From the IMG/VR virus record IMGVR_UViG_3300045988_161152: DNA of 64,000 nt, one strand, 5' to 3'. Positions 63,946-64,000 of the stretch are shown here, one piece after another. The stretch comes from a virus (lineage: Duplodnaviria > Heunggongvirae > Uroviricota > Caudoviricetes). The notes beneath the pieces are model-generated. The model searched no databases and had not been told where the DNA came from. It saw only the letters and a list, made by a program, of their open reading frames with translations. Made by a program: the position numbers and the translations under genes. Each line of letters begins with the position of its first letter. The first letter of the stretch is position 1.

Positions 63946-63962
63946 ACCTTGGTTTAAGAGAA
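63935..63962. other. cix inversion crossover site
   Basis: TTCAATCCTAAACCTTGGTTTAAGAGAA: imperfect dyad overlapping the cin stop codon. Confidence 0.6.
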
Positions 63963-64000
63963 CTCGGTACCAGCGGTGAAAAGATCCCCCTGTTGAGCAC

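Overview
The window is a contiguous ~64 kb stretch of a bacteriophage P1-family temperate phage / phage-plasmid genome. It is recognised from an exact 34-bp loxP site (33501-33534) next to a 343-aa Cre recombinase, a 283-aa C1 repressor with coi, about a dozen asymmetric C1 operators (ATTGCTCTAATAAATTT-like), the GATC-hexamer pac site inside pacA, Phd/Doc, a type III R-M (res/mod), the Dar antirestriction genes (darB 2255 aa, ddrB, ddrA, darA, hdf), a SAR endolysin, SSB and the Cin invertase with a cix site at the window end. Gene order: dmt, tRNA-Asn/Thr, a structured hairpin-repeat array, tciABC, tRNA-Ile(CAU), ban, a baseplate/tail late operon (minus strand), long C1-controlled early accessory operons (including ppp and pap), humD with a perfect LexA box, phd-doc, lpa, pacAB, c1/coi, loxP-cre, cra/ref/mat, res/mod, lxc/ulx/darB, prt/pro, lyz, ssb, a terminase-like pair, the darA operon with lydAB, and cin. 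From memory of the P1 map, the ssb-ddrB interval appears to lack the IS1 copy of canonical P1. No rRNA, CRISPR array or transposase was found. Most of the window is known P1 biology; the candidates for something undescribed are (i) a structured RNA repeat array next to the tRNAs, (ii) an ATPase-dead PacB paralogue coupled to a 264-aa partner, (iii) a cluster of glycosyltransferase-like genes around the Ppp phosphatase, (iv) an AT-rich non-coding island with a small membrane ORF and an antisense promoter, and (v) tandem duplicated small basic proteins ahead of a PD-(D/E)xK-like protein. All calls come from reading the sequence and the ORF track; no database search or folding computation was run, and gene names rest on recalled P1 gene order and protein lengths.
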